NCBI RefSeq assembly: GCF_037042905.1
Contig: NC_087263.1
Location: forward strand, 8,680,001 to 8,744,000
Origin: Lytechinus pictus
Lineage: Eukaryota
Length of the DNA stretch: 64,000 nt
Reading direction: 5' to 3'
The translations under genes were made by a program, and so were the position numbers. The stretch's first letter is position 1; the number at the start of each line of letters is the position of its first letter. Shown here one piece after another: positions 23,659-37,802 of the stretch. The notes under the pieces are model-generated. The model saw only the letters and a program-made list of their open reading frames with translations. It was not told the DNA's origin and ran no database searches.

Positions 23659-26600
23659 GGTCTCGTCGGTGCCTCTTCCTTCCTCCTTCGTGTCATGGCA
23701 CCGCCCTAGTTTCTCCTCGCCCCCGTCCAATGGTTTCGGCTATCTTCCCACCTATACCTTTCCGAAAGCTGAGAGCCATTCCAAGGCAAGTGCCTTACTT
23801 TCGCCAGGCTAACCACTCTACGAGCGGTTAACCCCAACTCACCCCCTGCACACACTCGCATCTTCGCGATGGTGGTTTTTAATAACACTCCACTTGCTCC
23901 GAGTGAAGAATAAAATGCTTGCGTTGCGACGTCCTCAACACACTCAGCTGTACAGATGGACGAGGAGGCGCATCGCCAAGTGATATATCTTTTGAGTTAA
24001 GCCCTTCGGTGTCGGGGAGTGTGGATCGTTATATTGTTGTTATCGCACACCGAGCAGTGGCTCCGTGTCTGGAAAAAAGGGGTTAAACTTTCTCACGTGA
24101 GATGTTTTACTTGAGGTGCAGCTGATACCGGTGAGGTAGGTCCTTTATTTTTTTCTCTCTCTATCTTTGTCCCCCCCCTTCCTTGCAAGCACTTTATCTT
24201 TCGAGTAAATCGTGCAAACACACACACACACGCACAAACCCTCCTTTAATTCACGTACGCTACCCACAATCCTTTACCACCCCCCCCCCCGTCTCTCTCT
24301 CTCTCTCCCTCCTTCACGTAAACACTCTAAACACAATAGCACGCTCACACTCTTCATCTCGAACGCACATTCAGCATATGCACGTGTACTACACACATAC
24401 CCACACACCCTCACCCACTGTCTCACACACTACCATACACCCACACTTAGATCCATCTAAACCTACAGTTTAGCTATATGAATCTAACACCTTCACCAAC
24501 ATTCGACATCTTACTCATAAAAAAAGACTCCATCGCTGTGTTAATACCAAGCACCGCTGTGTATTCTCACCGTATTTGCATAGTTGACATCCTGAGGTTT
24601 CAAGATGGTGTTTCCTCTCATATGAACATGACTCACATACACCTTCCCAAGACCCCTTTCACTCATTTTCTCATTTAATCAATGCTCATTTGATCAATTT
24701 CGTACTACATTTACGTCATTGTTGTGATCATCCATGTTTTTTACGACACCTGTCATTTGCCTAAAATGTTTGTTAAAAGGTTTTATGATGTGACTTTATT
24801 ACTTGTCATCTTTATTAGTTTCTCCCATTTGTGCTATTGTTTTTTTTATTTGAGAAGACCAATTTTACATCTTATTTTACTATGAACAAATGTTTTAGCT
24901 TGTACTTTATAATACTTCATAAATGTCCATGATGAAATGTCAACGAACACACCCTCGTATACACACTCACACACACACACATTATAACACATATCTGTGA
25001 GTTTATCGGTGGGTGAGTGTTGGATGTGTTGTATCTGGTGAAATAAATAATTACCATGCCATGAAATGAAGGAGTGGTGTACTCCTAAAATAAAAATAAT
25101 ACAATAATATAATAAAAAATAACGTTATTCTCATGTTATTGTAATCACCACGTATTAAATTGTATTTTACTATGGTGCTAATCAAACATCAAATCCAATA
25201 AAGCCATATATCCAATAAAGCCATATACTAGGTATTTTACAACATAAGGCAATCCTGATAAAAACTAATGTTTTTTTTTCTTAATGACTACGATATTTAT
25301 TGATCGTGGTGATAGCACTAAAGTAATAAGCCATACGTTACCCATAATTGAAAAGTCAAACATTTGACATCAATAATGTTTAGATTTCTTCCTTTAGGGA
25401 AGCCTTGGATATGTGCTATCATTTTCACTTAAACATATTGATTAGCATGAATTCCCTAAACAAATTCATCCTCCAACGTTAACTGCGTTACAAGGCCCTA
25501 AAGCCCGCGGCAAAACGGTGTAGAAATGGCGCGAGAAAATGGGAAGGTACACGAAAGGCTGTGCAGATGGTGCGTGGGGGGAAGAAACCCTTGGTGGTTG
25601 ATTATAAATCAATCAAGACTCCAACGATGAATCGAGTTGGTCATTGAGAAGGCAAGGAAACTAATATCTAAACGGCAGGCATCCTTCGAGCTGTGTAGCG
25701 GACGCGTCACGTGATGGTATCTACTAAGGCATCTCTTAATCACCGCTCTCTACGCTCTGTTTGATAATGTATGGATTTGAACCTTGAAGTGATGGAATTA
25801 TCACAATTCATATCACTATGAATATAACCCTTAATTTTTACCCTCTCGCTATAATCAAAGATGCGAATAGCGTCCTCCTGTTGGGTTATGCCAGTAAATG
25901 CTAACAAAAATGAGCTCAAAGGTGTTCAACAATTCAACGAACTTCCTTTTGGGGATGGGAATAAGCATTGAACTTTTGATATATATTTTATTTACCGGGA
26001 GCTACATATTAAGTTTGAAGTAAACTGATCATTTTTAATTGACTTTTAATGTAATTGATAATGATAATGATAATAATAGAATTAAAAATGATAAGAGAAA
26101 ATCAAGAAAAACAACGACAGGATAAACAACAGCCTTAATAGCAGTCAAAGTAAAGCTGAATAATGACCCTTCCGAATTCGATGCATGGTTATTTCGTACA
26201 CAGAGTCAGTCGACTACATTTCACGCCTGTTACAGGATGAAGGATCAATCTACGTTCTACAGTACCCTTGAATACATGCATATTCTTCAGCAACCCGTAG
26301 ATTGTTTGATAGGGTTTGACGTAATACTGGTGGATGGATGTACAATAAACATTCCTTGGATCCCCTTCAAATGATTAGATGGGCATTTGAGAGTACTTCG
26401 TTTTGATTAATACCAAATAGTATACGTGACTTTGAAGTCTTCAGACTGCACCTACCCTTTTGAATTATTAGCAGGGAGCTACTGTTTGCTCATCACATCG
26501 ATCTGGATTGGGACAGTGTGCTAGCAGGGATTTGTGTACTCTGTGTTAAATGAGTTTACATCCTCATCCCCCAGGAAGTCCTTCTTTCCGCCAAGCTCAG

Positions 26601-29224
26601 CTAATGGTCTTCCTCACAGGCGCCAAAAGGAATTGAAACGATACAATGTCCAATATTTGGTCACTAGCAATCAGGATAATACTAAGGATATTAGTTGGTA
26701 GTTATTTATGTCGCATTTTCCATGAGAAGGGGCTTTGAGATGTTATCCATTATCGGCAAAGGAGTTTAAAAAGGTTGTGACAATAAGGTGAGTCAAGCGG
26801 CATTAGTTCAGTGCATACGTGAGGAAAGCAGACCAGGATAGGGGCGAGGCGTATTGCACTCATTATTATTTGATCATCATATTCTGTATGGTGGTTATAG
26901 TTATCGCCAACTGACATAAGCGCTGATTTATATATTTTGAGCAAAAGTCTGTGTGTTTGTGTGTGTGTGTGTGTTGTATACAAGGTGTAGCTGCATAGTT
27001 CGCTATGACCCTACGATGTGTTTGTGAATTTCAAAACCTCGGGGTAACCGACCTCTCTGGAAAAGCGCCCCTATCAAAATCCTCAGAGCCATGGTATTGC
27101 GTTTCACTCGAATCATTTATTCATGGAACCGTTTAGCAAGTCAACAAGCCATCCGAAACCCCTTCCCACAATTGATTCGTACTAATATGCAAATATCAAA
27201 CGCAACAAGTAAACCATCATCCACGGTTACTCCTGGCTTGTCGCTAGGCCCCAATTTGATATTTGCATTTTTCTGTAATACGAAGCCATTGGTGCACTTA
27301 TTGCTTAATGGGTTTCTTGAAGAATCCACTATCATGTTGCAACTCTGGTCATTCTCGCGAGGAACTCGCGTGTGCACGGTTTTAGCCGTCGATGAGATTT
27401 TTCCTTTTAGCCAGAACTACGTTTCTATTTACAATTTACATAATCAACAGCTACAAAGGCACAAGCCTTTGGGAGGTGTTCAAATTCAGGGTATTTATTT
27501 GCGAGTCTACCCAATGAAGAAATGCTTTGGATACGCTATAGTGGTAAAGAAAGACAACCAAATAAATCTTAATATGATCAATCAAAATAATAACATTTCA
27601 AAATGTGATTACTTCCACTTACGTCAAATACTTTTCCTTTTATCTTTTTTTGTAAAGTATTTCTAAGTTTGTATTGATAGATATTTTGCCATGTTATTCT
27701 TTATATTCATAGGCTTCGGTTTTACTTCTATTTTAAAGCATATGCCAGTGGATTGGTAAGTTTGCTGATTCCTCGTTTGCACATTTACAACAATACCTAA
27801 ACAAAGACGTTATTTTTCTAATCTTTATGAAATAATTATATATCCCCAGTGTTATTTTAGCTATAGTAGTGGCTGTGGAGACATAGAGGCAATTTTGTCT
27901 TGTGTTTACAATTCACCATGTCCCAGAAAGCAGCACATCTTCTGATTTTTCGCCATTGATATCTTCATGCGCATTGTTATTAACCAATCTCCTTGAATGC
28001 CATCGAAACATATACTGTTTCGGATAAAGTTGCAACGTCCCTGAAATTCGTGCCCACATGAATAGCAAACTGGGCAGTGTGTAAAGAAAAATGATACTGT
28101 CATTTTATTTATCCATGGTGAGACTCTAAATATTGTATACACCATCAGGTGAAACGAATCGTAATCCCACTAGCATTAGGAAGCGCTTCTTTTCTGGTTT
28201 TCCCAGATTTTCGTATTTCCGTGATACCTTTCAATTTCTGAGTCAGTACCTGGACGGCGAAGAGGCTGAGATTATGTGTCGGGTTAGTTAATGCAGTTCT
28301 GATTGAGATGCGATCTCCGTGTTTGGTTGCGTTTTGAGAATAAGAAACACAAAATGTAACTTTGCAAACTTGTTTTCGAAGAATCCTTGCCATTCGGGTC
28401 ACACCACAAATGTCTCATCTTCTCCTGTGAGGCGACGACCAAGTTGGTAACGTATTTGGAAAATGATTTTTTGCAGCCTGGTCAGTCACCTTTACATCAC
28501 AAATCATTGAAATATACCTCTTAGATATAGATAGTTTCAAGGTAACATACGTGTCGATTCGTGTTACGTAGTATAAATATTTCTCATGTTTGGATATCCG
28601 TTGAACATATCATATGGAATATACGTGGAAAGAACATCAGACGATATCATCAACCAATTCGAAAAGGGGGGTCTTTTAAGGATGTACCTGTCTTTTGTAT
28701 GGTTAGTTGTAAAGTTTTTCTCTTTTTTTCGGTTCTTAAAGCAAAACATAGCAAAACTTAGCAAAACTTCATAATCGTTGATAAATAAATAAACACAGCG
28801 ACAGAGTACAGCTATAAATGAGCAATTGATAACGTCTTGTTATTGTTCTTTGTTGAAAACACTCGAGTATTCTCTCAAGAGATTGCACGTGCAGTGGATA
28901 AACCATCTTCTTCACCGAGCAGACACCCCTCACACAAGCCCTAGAATAACCTTCATCCAGCCTGTGCAATGAAACCACAATCATCCAGGTGTGTAGATGG
29001 GAAACCACAAATTGTGAAGCCATGAATCGTTAATCAAAGATTCTTGATCAGTTAAACAAGACTGGAGGAAGTGGTCAATCCTCATTCCAGCATCTAACCA
29101 CGGATATCTTATTCTGAATATTATATCAATGCTCCAACCTCTACAGCCTACGTCTTGTACAGCCTCTGTGCCTTCTAGACGTTCCTCTACAATATCCATT
29201 TGTCTGGGACGATTCCACCATCTT

Positions 29225-29331
29225 CTGCGCTCCGTAACACGTCGCTAAGTGATTAATCGTAGAGTTCATTTCTACGACTGATTTAAACCAGCTTAACAAT
29301 CAATTGCTAAGTTTTATGATACCGGGACAAG
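29225..29331. mobile_element. Decayed short MITE of the 57941/61614 family
   Basis: ctgcgctccgtaacac...caattgctaagtttt, shared with 57941-58101 and 61614-61746. Confidence 0.45.
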
Positions 29332-30442
29332 ACGAATTCTGAATCCAGAAGCACCCGTTCGCGATTCCCATTCGTTAATTCTTACTATCTCCACGAAACT
29401 TCATGGGCTTTGATAGAAGTGGGAAGATGGAGGATGCGTGACAGTCTGTTATCACCTGAAGCGATGGCAGGACGGGGGTGTGCGCGAGGAAGCGCCCGTA
29501 GATGCTTGAGGATAGTCGTTTAGCATCTCACTCGGGAAAACGTTATTGGACGAGGTAGATAAAACTGGGTTACATGATTAGATGGTCATGTAAGAACCGC
29601 TGACAGCTTGAGCGATTTCAAGGAGCCCCTAGCTCGGCTCGAGTAGCGCGAATACTAGATGGAGATAAGAAAATGGTACGTGTTTCATAGAAAAGGGATG
29701 TGTGCGGTGAAGAAGCCACACCACAGACACTCTCTTACTGCCATAAAGACTAATTCCACACAAGAGAATCATGTTTTAAATGGGAATAAATTCAAATATA
29801 TTACTGATAAAATCCATCGATGAAGGATGTAAATCAGACAGTAATGAAATTTGTAATTGTCTGTAGATCACTTAACAGCCATACGAGCAACATGGATGAC
29901 ATGCAGATTGTGCCATGGACCAACTGGTTATTTCGGTATTTACGGGGAAGATACAGTCGACGATGAGGAATTTACACATGCGTGCTTTGACGTCAATCAA
30001 GTTATTTTTTCTGAAGGAGCAAAGTAAACATAAATTCTCTTCTTGGGGATCCTGAGCTAAAATGCCATGTTATCAAACTAAACACAGAACGAAAAGAATC
30101 GAGTATTTCATAAATTAGATCTAAGCTGAGCTGCATTTTGCCCGTTACCTACTCATTAGTGTATCAGGTAAGGGGCACCCTCGGCAAGTGCTGAAGTGAC
30201 GCCCCTACTAACATGGGTAAAATCACTGAAATCGTGCTGCTTTTAGCTCTATCAGATACCAATAGACTTTCTTCTTGTGAAGGGATTTATGTTCACCTTT
30301 TCACTTTCTCCGTTCTTCCTCTCCAAAATTTTCATGGTTTTTGTTGCTCAACCCTAAAACTGTTTCCCAGAGCACACGTAGACGTTCCCCCTGTATACAC
30401 CCCTGCGTATCCAACATTACTGGTTCCATGATATTTGCTCTG

Positions 30443-30611
30443 GCGACAATTGCTCCGATGGAAATTCTGCACGTTAATCCGAACATAAAAACTAACCTCC
30501 GAAACTAAATAAACCCTAATCCTCATTTTCACATTATTCTGAGGCAAAAACTTTGGGACATTCCTAACTCTCACCCGATGCCCTCAGAGATATCATACCG
30601 GAGCAAATATC
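30443..30611. repeat. Short interspersed repeat with inverted TTGCTCCG/CGGAGCAA ends and degenerate TAACCC-like filler
   Basis: gcgacaattgctccg ... aaccctaatcct ... ccggagcaaatatc. Confidence 0.4.
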
Positions 30612-31148
30612 TTCGTCACCAAATTACAAAATTACAACTGTATGCCAACAGTGTTTTATCAGGGATGCATATTCATTGAAGTTTGTTTTAAGTTTGTTTA
30701 ATTAATTTTTTTAAGAAATGACTATTCTTATCTCTATTTATTATTTGGTACTTGCCGCATCCATACCATATATTGAATTTTATTTTTAACGATTTATATT
30801 TCGTGGGTATGCGCGTTTTAACAAGCCTTTTTATGGCTTTTTTGTGCATGCCCAATTTCCATTCATTATTTTGTTCATCTATATTTTTCATGATTATGTG
30901 CCAACCATAATTTTATCATTACCACTATTTGTTTTAGTAATGTTTTGTTGATACCTTTGCTTTGTTTCATGTTAGTTATTTATTTTTTCTTTGTGTATAT
31001 ATACTTTTGTTCTCATTTTGTTCTTTTTAATGAATTTGGAAATAAATACTGAATTGAATTGAATTGAATTAGGAACGCCTTTCCCGCTAAACCTGCTATC
31101 CATGTCCATATCTTTTGGTAACTACCCACCAAGATAATTACTAAGGTA

Positions 31149-31315
31149 CACTGTAAAAAATGAAGTGCTAATTTAGCACTTAAAGTGCTTTTATAGTGAC
31201 TGCACTACGAGTGCTGATTTTCTAATTTAAATTTGAACTAGAAACTCAGCACTCGTATGTGCAGTCACTATACAAGCACTGTAAGTGCTAAATTAGCACT
31301 TCAGTTTTTACAGTG
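31149..31315. mobile_element. Fully palindromic MITE, second copy
   Basis: TA|cactgtaaaaaatgaagtgc ... gcacttcagtttttacagtg|TA; near-identical to 20374-20539. Confidence 0.85.
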
Positions 31316-34300
31316 TAATTGGGAAGTAACTGATGAGTTGAAAGTTTTCGTGGGAGTCTACCTGTGACTTCACCAACAGACCCACATTTCTCTTTCTCTG
31401 TAGCATGATTCCATTAAATGAACTTGCTTTGAGAAATGGATTGTCTTGTAACCGCGGGTGATTTGAGTGCAGGTGGAATGATTTCGCGAGGGATAAACGG
31501 GATTTGCTCAGCAGATCCTGCTAAGCTGTTCGTCATGTGCAAACAAAATAATATAATAGGATCACGTTCTAATGAAAATATTGCCATCAAGGCATGCAGG
31601 GAAATGTTGATTCATGAAGTAAACGAATGTTTGAACATCTTTGAAAAGACAAGTGTTGTTGCCTAATATCTGCTTTGAACTTACATTTATTTCTGTTCAG
31701 AAGAATACAAATTTAACGAAATGCAGTCTTACGTATATTAGTATGCATTGTCTAATTTTATCACAGCAATATCCTCTCATTTTTATAATGACTTTTAAGT
31801 ATTTGATATTCGACGTAGAAACGACTAGCGCTCTAAAAACGAATAATGACAATAGTCGTGCAATAAGAGAAAGCATGCGTGAAACATTAGAATATTAATG
31901 TTTTTCTGACTACAATCCCAGTGCGAATTAATATCACAATTGCCCAAATTCATAAACGATTCGAAGAAATGCTCCATCGTTGTAACTTCGGGAGTGTTTT
32001 CATAATCATTATTACTCGTCATCCATAGCCCCATTTCGGTAGTCGGTGAACGCTTAGAGTTTGATTGCTCGCTTTAAGCTTCTACTTTATAAGCTCGTCT
32101 GTCTCAATTCACTGGTATGTACTCAAATAACTCAATAGGAGGCAGCCTGCTGCAATTAAATTCCAATTTCGTCATTCGCAGACAGAAGATTATCACTAAC
32201 ATGAAGTGATTGGGCTACAGTGTGGCTCTAATGCCTCATAGGCATGCTGTGAACGTCCCCCTTTCGAAACAATCATACCACATTGAATTATGGAACTGGG
32301 GCATTGTGGGATAGGTGACGAATTATTTTTCAAGGCGTGAAAACTTAGGATCTCGATACATAATTGATTGTCTGGTAACACTTTCTGTTTTTGAGATTAT
32401 TTTTCTTCATCAATATCTCCTGTGGAAAAGTCAGGAAAACTCAAAAGGGATCTAGCCTCGTGCCATAGGATTAGGAGGCGGCGGAATTCTAGTTGAGTCA
32501 TGCTTATATTTGGTGTGGATGTCATCTTGGGACATGATTTCAATAAAATCAGCACAGCGGTCGCTACAGAAATCATACGGATATGTATACGAGTGATATT
32601 ATTTTAGCAATGCTGCAAACCAGGATGAATAAAGGTTGTTAAGGTTTTTGTTAAGCTACTTAGAGCCAAAAGTTATAACTTTAACGATCCACGAGGGACA
32701 ACCCAGTCGTGACAAGTTCCGTAACGAAATATTTAGCGTCCAGCTATCATGGTACGGGCTGAATATCTGTACATCTTTCTTCCTCACACTGTTCGTAATC
32801 GGAGAGTTGGATAACTTACGTAGCCAAGGTAGCGGTAGACCTGACTCCATTCCCCTTTCATATGCAGCGATGCTCAGCTTACATCTGAAGAGTACCTTGC
32901 GAGTGAAATGCCTCTCAGAGCAATTCAAGTCACGTTCTATGGTTTGACACACCGATGGATCCTTATCCCTTATTCTTGGATTGTTGTAACTGTGATGTTC
33001 TATATGACTCCAAGGCCCACATCTTCAACGTCGTGACAGAGCAACAAACCACAAGCTGAATCAATATGCATGTGACAACCGCTGTTTTCACATTAGATGG
33101 CCCTGCGGTCCCCTACCGAATAATTGTCTCTTTATGCCTAAGAATCAAAAGTAGATATGGAAGTAGCGGGGGATTAAAATAATTACGGCAAATGGTGGAG
33201 GTGCTCTAAATTCCTCGGATTAAATATCAATTTAATAGCGACCCAAATTTGATTGATATTAAGAATGAGCTCTTCATCTGTCTAATTTTGGATTTGTCCC
33301 TCATATATGTAGTAATTTTGAGAGTATGTGTACTAAAGGAATGTAAGTATATTGTTGTCTAAAAGTATGTCAGCGTTATGATTCCTCTATCATTATGTGG
33401 AATGCATTTTACTTTACGTGAATTCGATTGCTGTTTTTCCCTCCTGATGAAACGCCACATTAATAACATATTGTGACAATTTCATATTTTAATTTTCCCC
33501 TTCACTAGACTTCATGATGATCATTCCAGGAATATAATCAAATATACAAGCATCTACATGCCGCAAGAATGTGTCTTCCCCTGTCCGCTTGGCTGTTTTG
33601 ACTTGTCATTCTATTCCCGTTCGAAGATTCTCTCAGAGATTGGATTTGAGATTTGTATTCGTCGCGCTTGCTCTGACATACCGATGTTATTTATGTTTCC
33701 GTCGCGGCCGAGGGGAGTGGGTTTGTCAAGTGTCACTTAATCTGTCTCAATTCGGCATCAAGTCGCATCGGGTGTATTTGGTCGTGGTGTGAACGTTCGA
33801 TCTCAATAACAACACCAAACACTCCATCTAATAATGAAGATGGCTTAATTAGAGCCGTGTATATAACCAATATGACAGGCCATATGCTTTGCTTCAATAG
33901 TATAATTAATTTAATGATTAAGCTCTATCAACGAAAAAAAGTGCAAGCCTACTACATACCTGAAACGAGCGTTAGAGATTCTAAATTAATCTACACAATC
34001 CCCTAATACCCATTTTGTGGTCATAACGATTGCACATTTTTTTGTGGCATTTTCAAGGTTAAGTTCTCTTCACCAGAAAAGCCGACACCTGACTCCCATG
34101 CAATATAAAGAGGATAAACATGATGAAGTGTGCCGTGATTCATTGGGTGATTCCATTGGCACAGTAGGCCTATATCGCCTCTATCGAATCGGCAAGGGTG
34201 GCTAATGAAATGTCTATATCGCATAAAATATCGACTATTATGTAGTTTTCGCATATGCTACGGGGAAACTCTCGACAACGCATCGATTCCTCTGAAAATT

Positions 34301-37300
34301 CAATCAAAATCAAAATGGAGATCTAAGAGGCTTTTGTCGAAATCTGGTGGACTGGGACAGCAGATCATACACAAATTTGCACCGGACGAAAAATTGCAAA
34401 TATGTCGTTGTCCAGAGTCAAGAGATTCCGATGCTGTCCCGGTCCACCAACTTTCGAATGAAAAACCTCTCTGCTCTCCATTGTGATTTGACTTGCATTT
34501 TTAAAGGAATTGGTGAATTTGGTGAAGTTTGGTGAATTTGTGAAGTTTCCCCGTTGTTAATGTGAAAAGTCCGAATTGCCTTCTCTGGAAAGAATCTGCA
34601 GCATACATTGACAAAAAAAAAGAAGATTCGGATGTTCAGTGCAAGCCTTGAAATCACCAAGGGAAGTGTGTCACTTCCCTAGGTCATCTTACTCCTATGG
34701 ATTTGCATATCACGTACCTGTAGCACTGCAGTTCCTAGAAGTATTGATTGAAAACTACTTCAGGTACAAACAAGCATCCGTAAGTGGCAGTTGTACTTCA
34801 CGGTCAAGAAAATAGCGGGCTTTCTCGTTAAAAGATAAAGAAAACTAAGGAATATTTATTGCATCCATTATTTGGTCTTTTGTCAGTCGAAGTATTCTCA
34901 AGTTATACGATAATGTTGATGTTTAATTTACACTGGATTTCATTAACTGATATGCGTCATTGCTGTTTGTACATACGATGGCCATGTGTTGTGTGACTTA
35001 CGTTAGGATAAAAAAAGGCTTCCACTCTTCTGCTTCATTAATTAAGCTTTCATTTTCAAAAATACTTTATTAGAGCAATAATGCCCGCCATTACATGATG
35101 ACATGATATCTGTTCACAAAATTTAATGTATGTTATTTCGCTTTCTTATACTGTTACGTTACATATACGAAGTACCGAAACATAGTTTTTAGTTTTAGGA
35201 AAGCATTTTGGATTGTTTTGTTCGATAAGGAGAGATGTTTGGCATCGTTTTGCATATAATTGACTGAGAACACCTTCTCTTCGCGGAGCGTAATTTGTTT
35301 TGTTTGGTTTGTTTAAGAAATGTAAACGTATTGTATGCATTATTCATGGCCCAACATACACTCTATAATTACACATTGCTTAAACATTATTTCACTCCTT
35401 TTTTTTGGGGGGGGGGGCTGATGTTCCTGGATATAAGCCGAAACGAATATACTGATATCGGCTGATTTTTCACCACTCACTTTTCAAAATCGATAGATCA
35501 GAAGGATTTATGCAGTGGTATCCATTAGGTAGATTGGTATTCGAGACGAGTCCCTAAAGCAAGAGCCTCAAACCTCCTCGGCCTCTTTCGCCAAGGCCAT
35601 CAATCAATTAAGCCCCGGCAGACTTTTTTGTTTTACCTTCCTAGACGGTCCTAAACACCATCGTAAATTCTGCTAATAGCTGCATATCTTAGATCCTGCA
35701 TCAGACGACATATTAAGATATACGCCTGACCAGGTGAGCAGATCAACCTGCAACAAGTTCATGACTTTCTAAGACGACATTTTGATTTTCAAACGTAGAG
35801 ATTCAGAGGCTCAGCCAAAATACCTGTTATTTTACTTGAAGCATCGCCTACCCTGTTCATAGACTTTGGTCTGGGACCTTTGTCCGTTTAGCAAGGTTAC
35901 AAAAGGGTTTGGGAAATGCTGAAAGTAAGTGAATCGATTTAGAATCTCAACAAACATACCTCGGATGTCTATAAAACATCGTCTAGTTTTATGCCGAGAT
36001 TTTGTTAGAAAAAAAAGTCTAGAAATTGGTTTTTGGATGTTATTTCCTTCCAAAATCTCTGCGGGCCATTGGGAGTTGTTTTCGGGACCTACATGCTCAC
36101 CCTTATCTGCTTATCTTCAATATTCATCTGTGATATTGACAGGACTCGGTGCCGAGTATCAATTTTAAATGTCCATTTAGCACGTTCAATATAAAAATGA
36201 ATCACCTTTCAGTGTGCATGGTGTGCAGAAGTGGACTCTTTCAATATTGTAGATAGATAATCGCCTCTGTAGGCGGTGGATTTGGCTAAAATGCGATGGC
36301 ATTATGTACGTCTTAGCTTGAAGCGGGCTTCTGCTTGAGGTATGGACCTTGGCAGTTTTCGAATTCCATTACGCGCCCATATCGATCAAAAGTTCAATAT
36401 AAGTAGGCCATTTCCCCTCTAATTCATCTCTATTCTGACTTGATGCAAACCTTCGAGTTCGGTATGCCTGATAGGTGACAGGAATGTGATATTAAACGAT
36501 CGTCGCAGGGGCTATGGTGCATTGGCAGTATGAATTCTCAGCAAGTGTTTTAAATGAGCGAAACACCTTCTCGCATGCTTAGCAATTACAGAAGACAGCA
36601 GGCTGAATGACCAAACCAAATATGTAATGACGGCATAATAAACAACAATCATAAAATAGTTTAATATCCCTACTTTCTTCCATGAGGTAAGTATATAGGA
36701 AATACACATTTTTGTATAGGCCCATATGCCAATCCTGTTCCATTTCTAATTCTAGCATAAATATCTCATAAACAGACTAATATATTTTGTCTTATTGTAG
36801 TGGATAAATTCGAAGTGGTCATGTTCTTTGCCACACCCTACCCATGGGCATTAGTGGGCAGTCATAACGTTGCTACTTTGATAGCAACTTAGAAGGTTCT
36901 GTAGTTTTGGACTTATTTATTTTATAAAATGGGTTGGACTACAAGAATACATGCAACGTACATGTATATCCTCTTATATTTTTTTCACTCTTGAAAAAAA
37001 ATGCACAGACCAAAAATCCTTTTTACTGGCGCCGTTACTGGCGTTACTGGCAGAGAATACGTGTTCCGCCTGCTGGTTTACCTCACGAAATGTGATATTC
37101 TGCAATTGTTATGAGCCTGAATTATGAAATGAATGCGCCAGCGTTATTGGTTTTAGTTTCTGAACAGAATACATACAAAATTGACAAATACACTATACAA
37201 ACAGCAAAGGAACACCTCTTAGCAAAATCATATGAGGTTGTTTTACGATCAAGCAACGCTGTTTTAATCTCCTTGGAGACAGTCTGCAGATGAAGTTGCA

Positions 37301-37491
37301 CTTTAATATTGACTGCTTGTACTTTGGTTTTGACACGTCTAACGCTTTCATTCGTTTTCCTAGCAATATATCATCCTACTGGAAAAGGACTGGTGGTGAT
37401 GATATAGTAAAATAGGTTTGACTCTGAAAAGTGTGATAGACATCCTGTACGGCGGCGTGAGAATGGTAGGGGAAGACTGGTAGACAAATAC

Positions 37492-37802
37492 TGCTTTCAC
37501 ACCAAGGTACGGTCGCAGAGACCGTACCGAGCGACCGATGAAATCATGATGTGAAAGCATTTAATCGTACTCAGCGACCGATCGTTTTGGTCAAAACGAT
37601 CGGTCGCTGAGTCCGGCCTAAGAGGTACTCCAGCGACCGATGCAAGCTTGATGTGAACGCACATCGTACTCACTGACCGATCGAATTGCAATGTCCCCTC
37701 ATACACGCCCACGTGCTATCTCTTTTCCGCTTCCGGCTAGGCCAGCTTAAGAGCGACCGATAGCTCTGAGGCTGACCAAATTTTGACGGCGGTGTGAAAG
37801 CA
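37492..37802. mobile_element. DNA transposon terminal fragment with reiterated CGACCGA and TGTGAAAGCA motifs
   Basis: Inverted 12-mer tgctttcacacc / ggtgtgaaagca; many cgaccga and tcggtcg motifs in both orientations. Confidence 0.55.

Noticed and set aside
27091-27666. 191-aa ORF
   Set aside because: No recognisable motif or clear splice context; likely a chance ORF.
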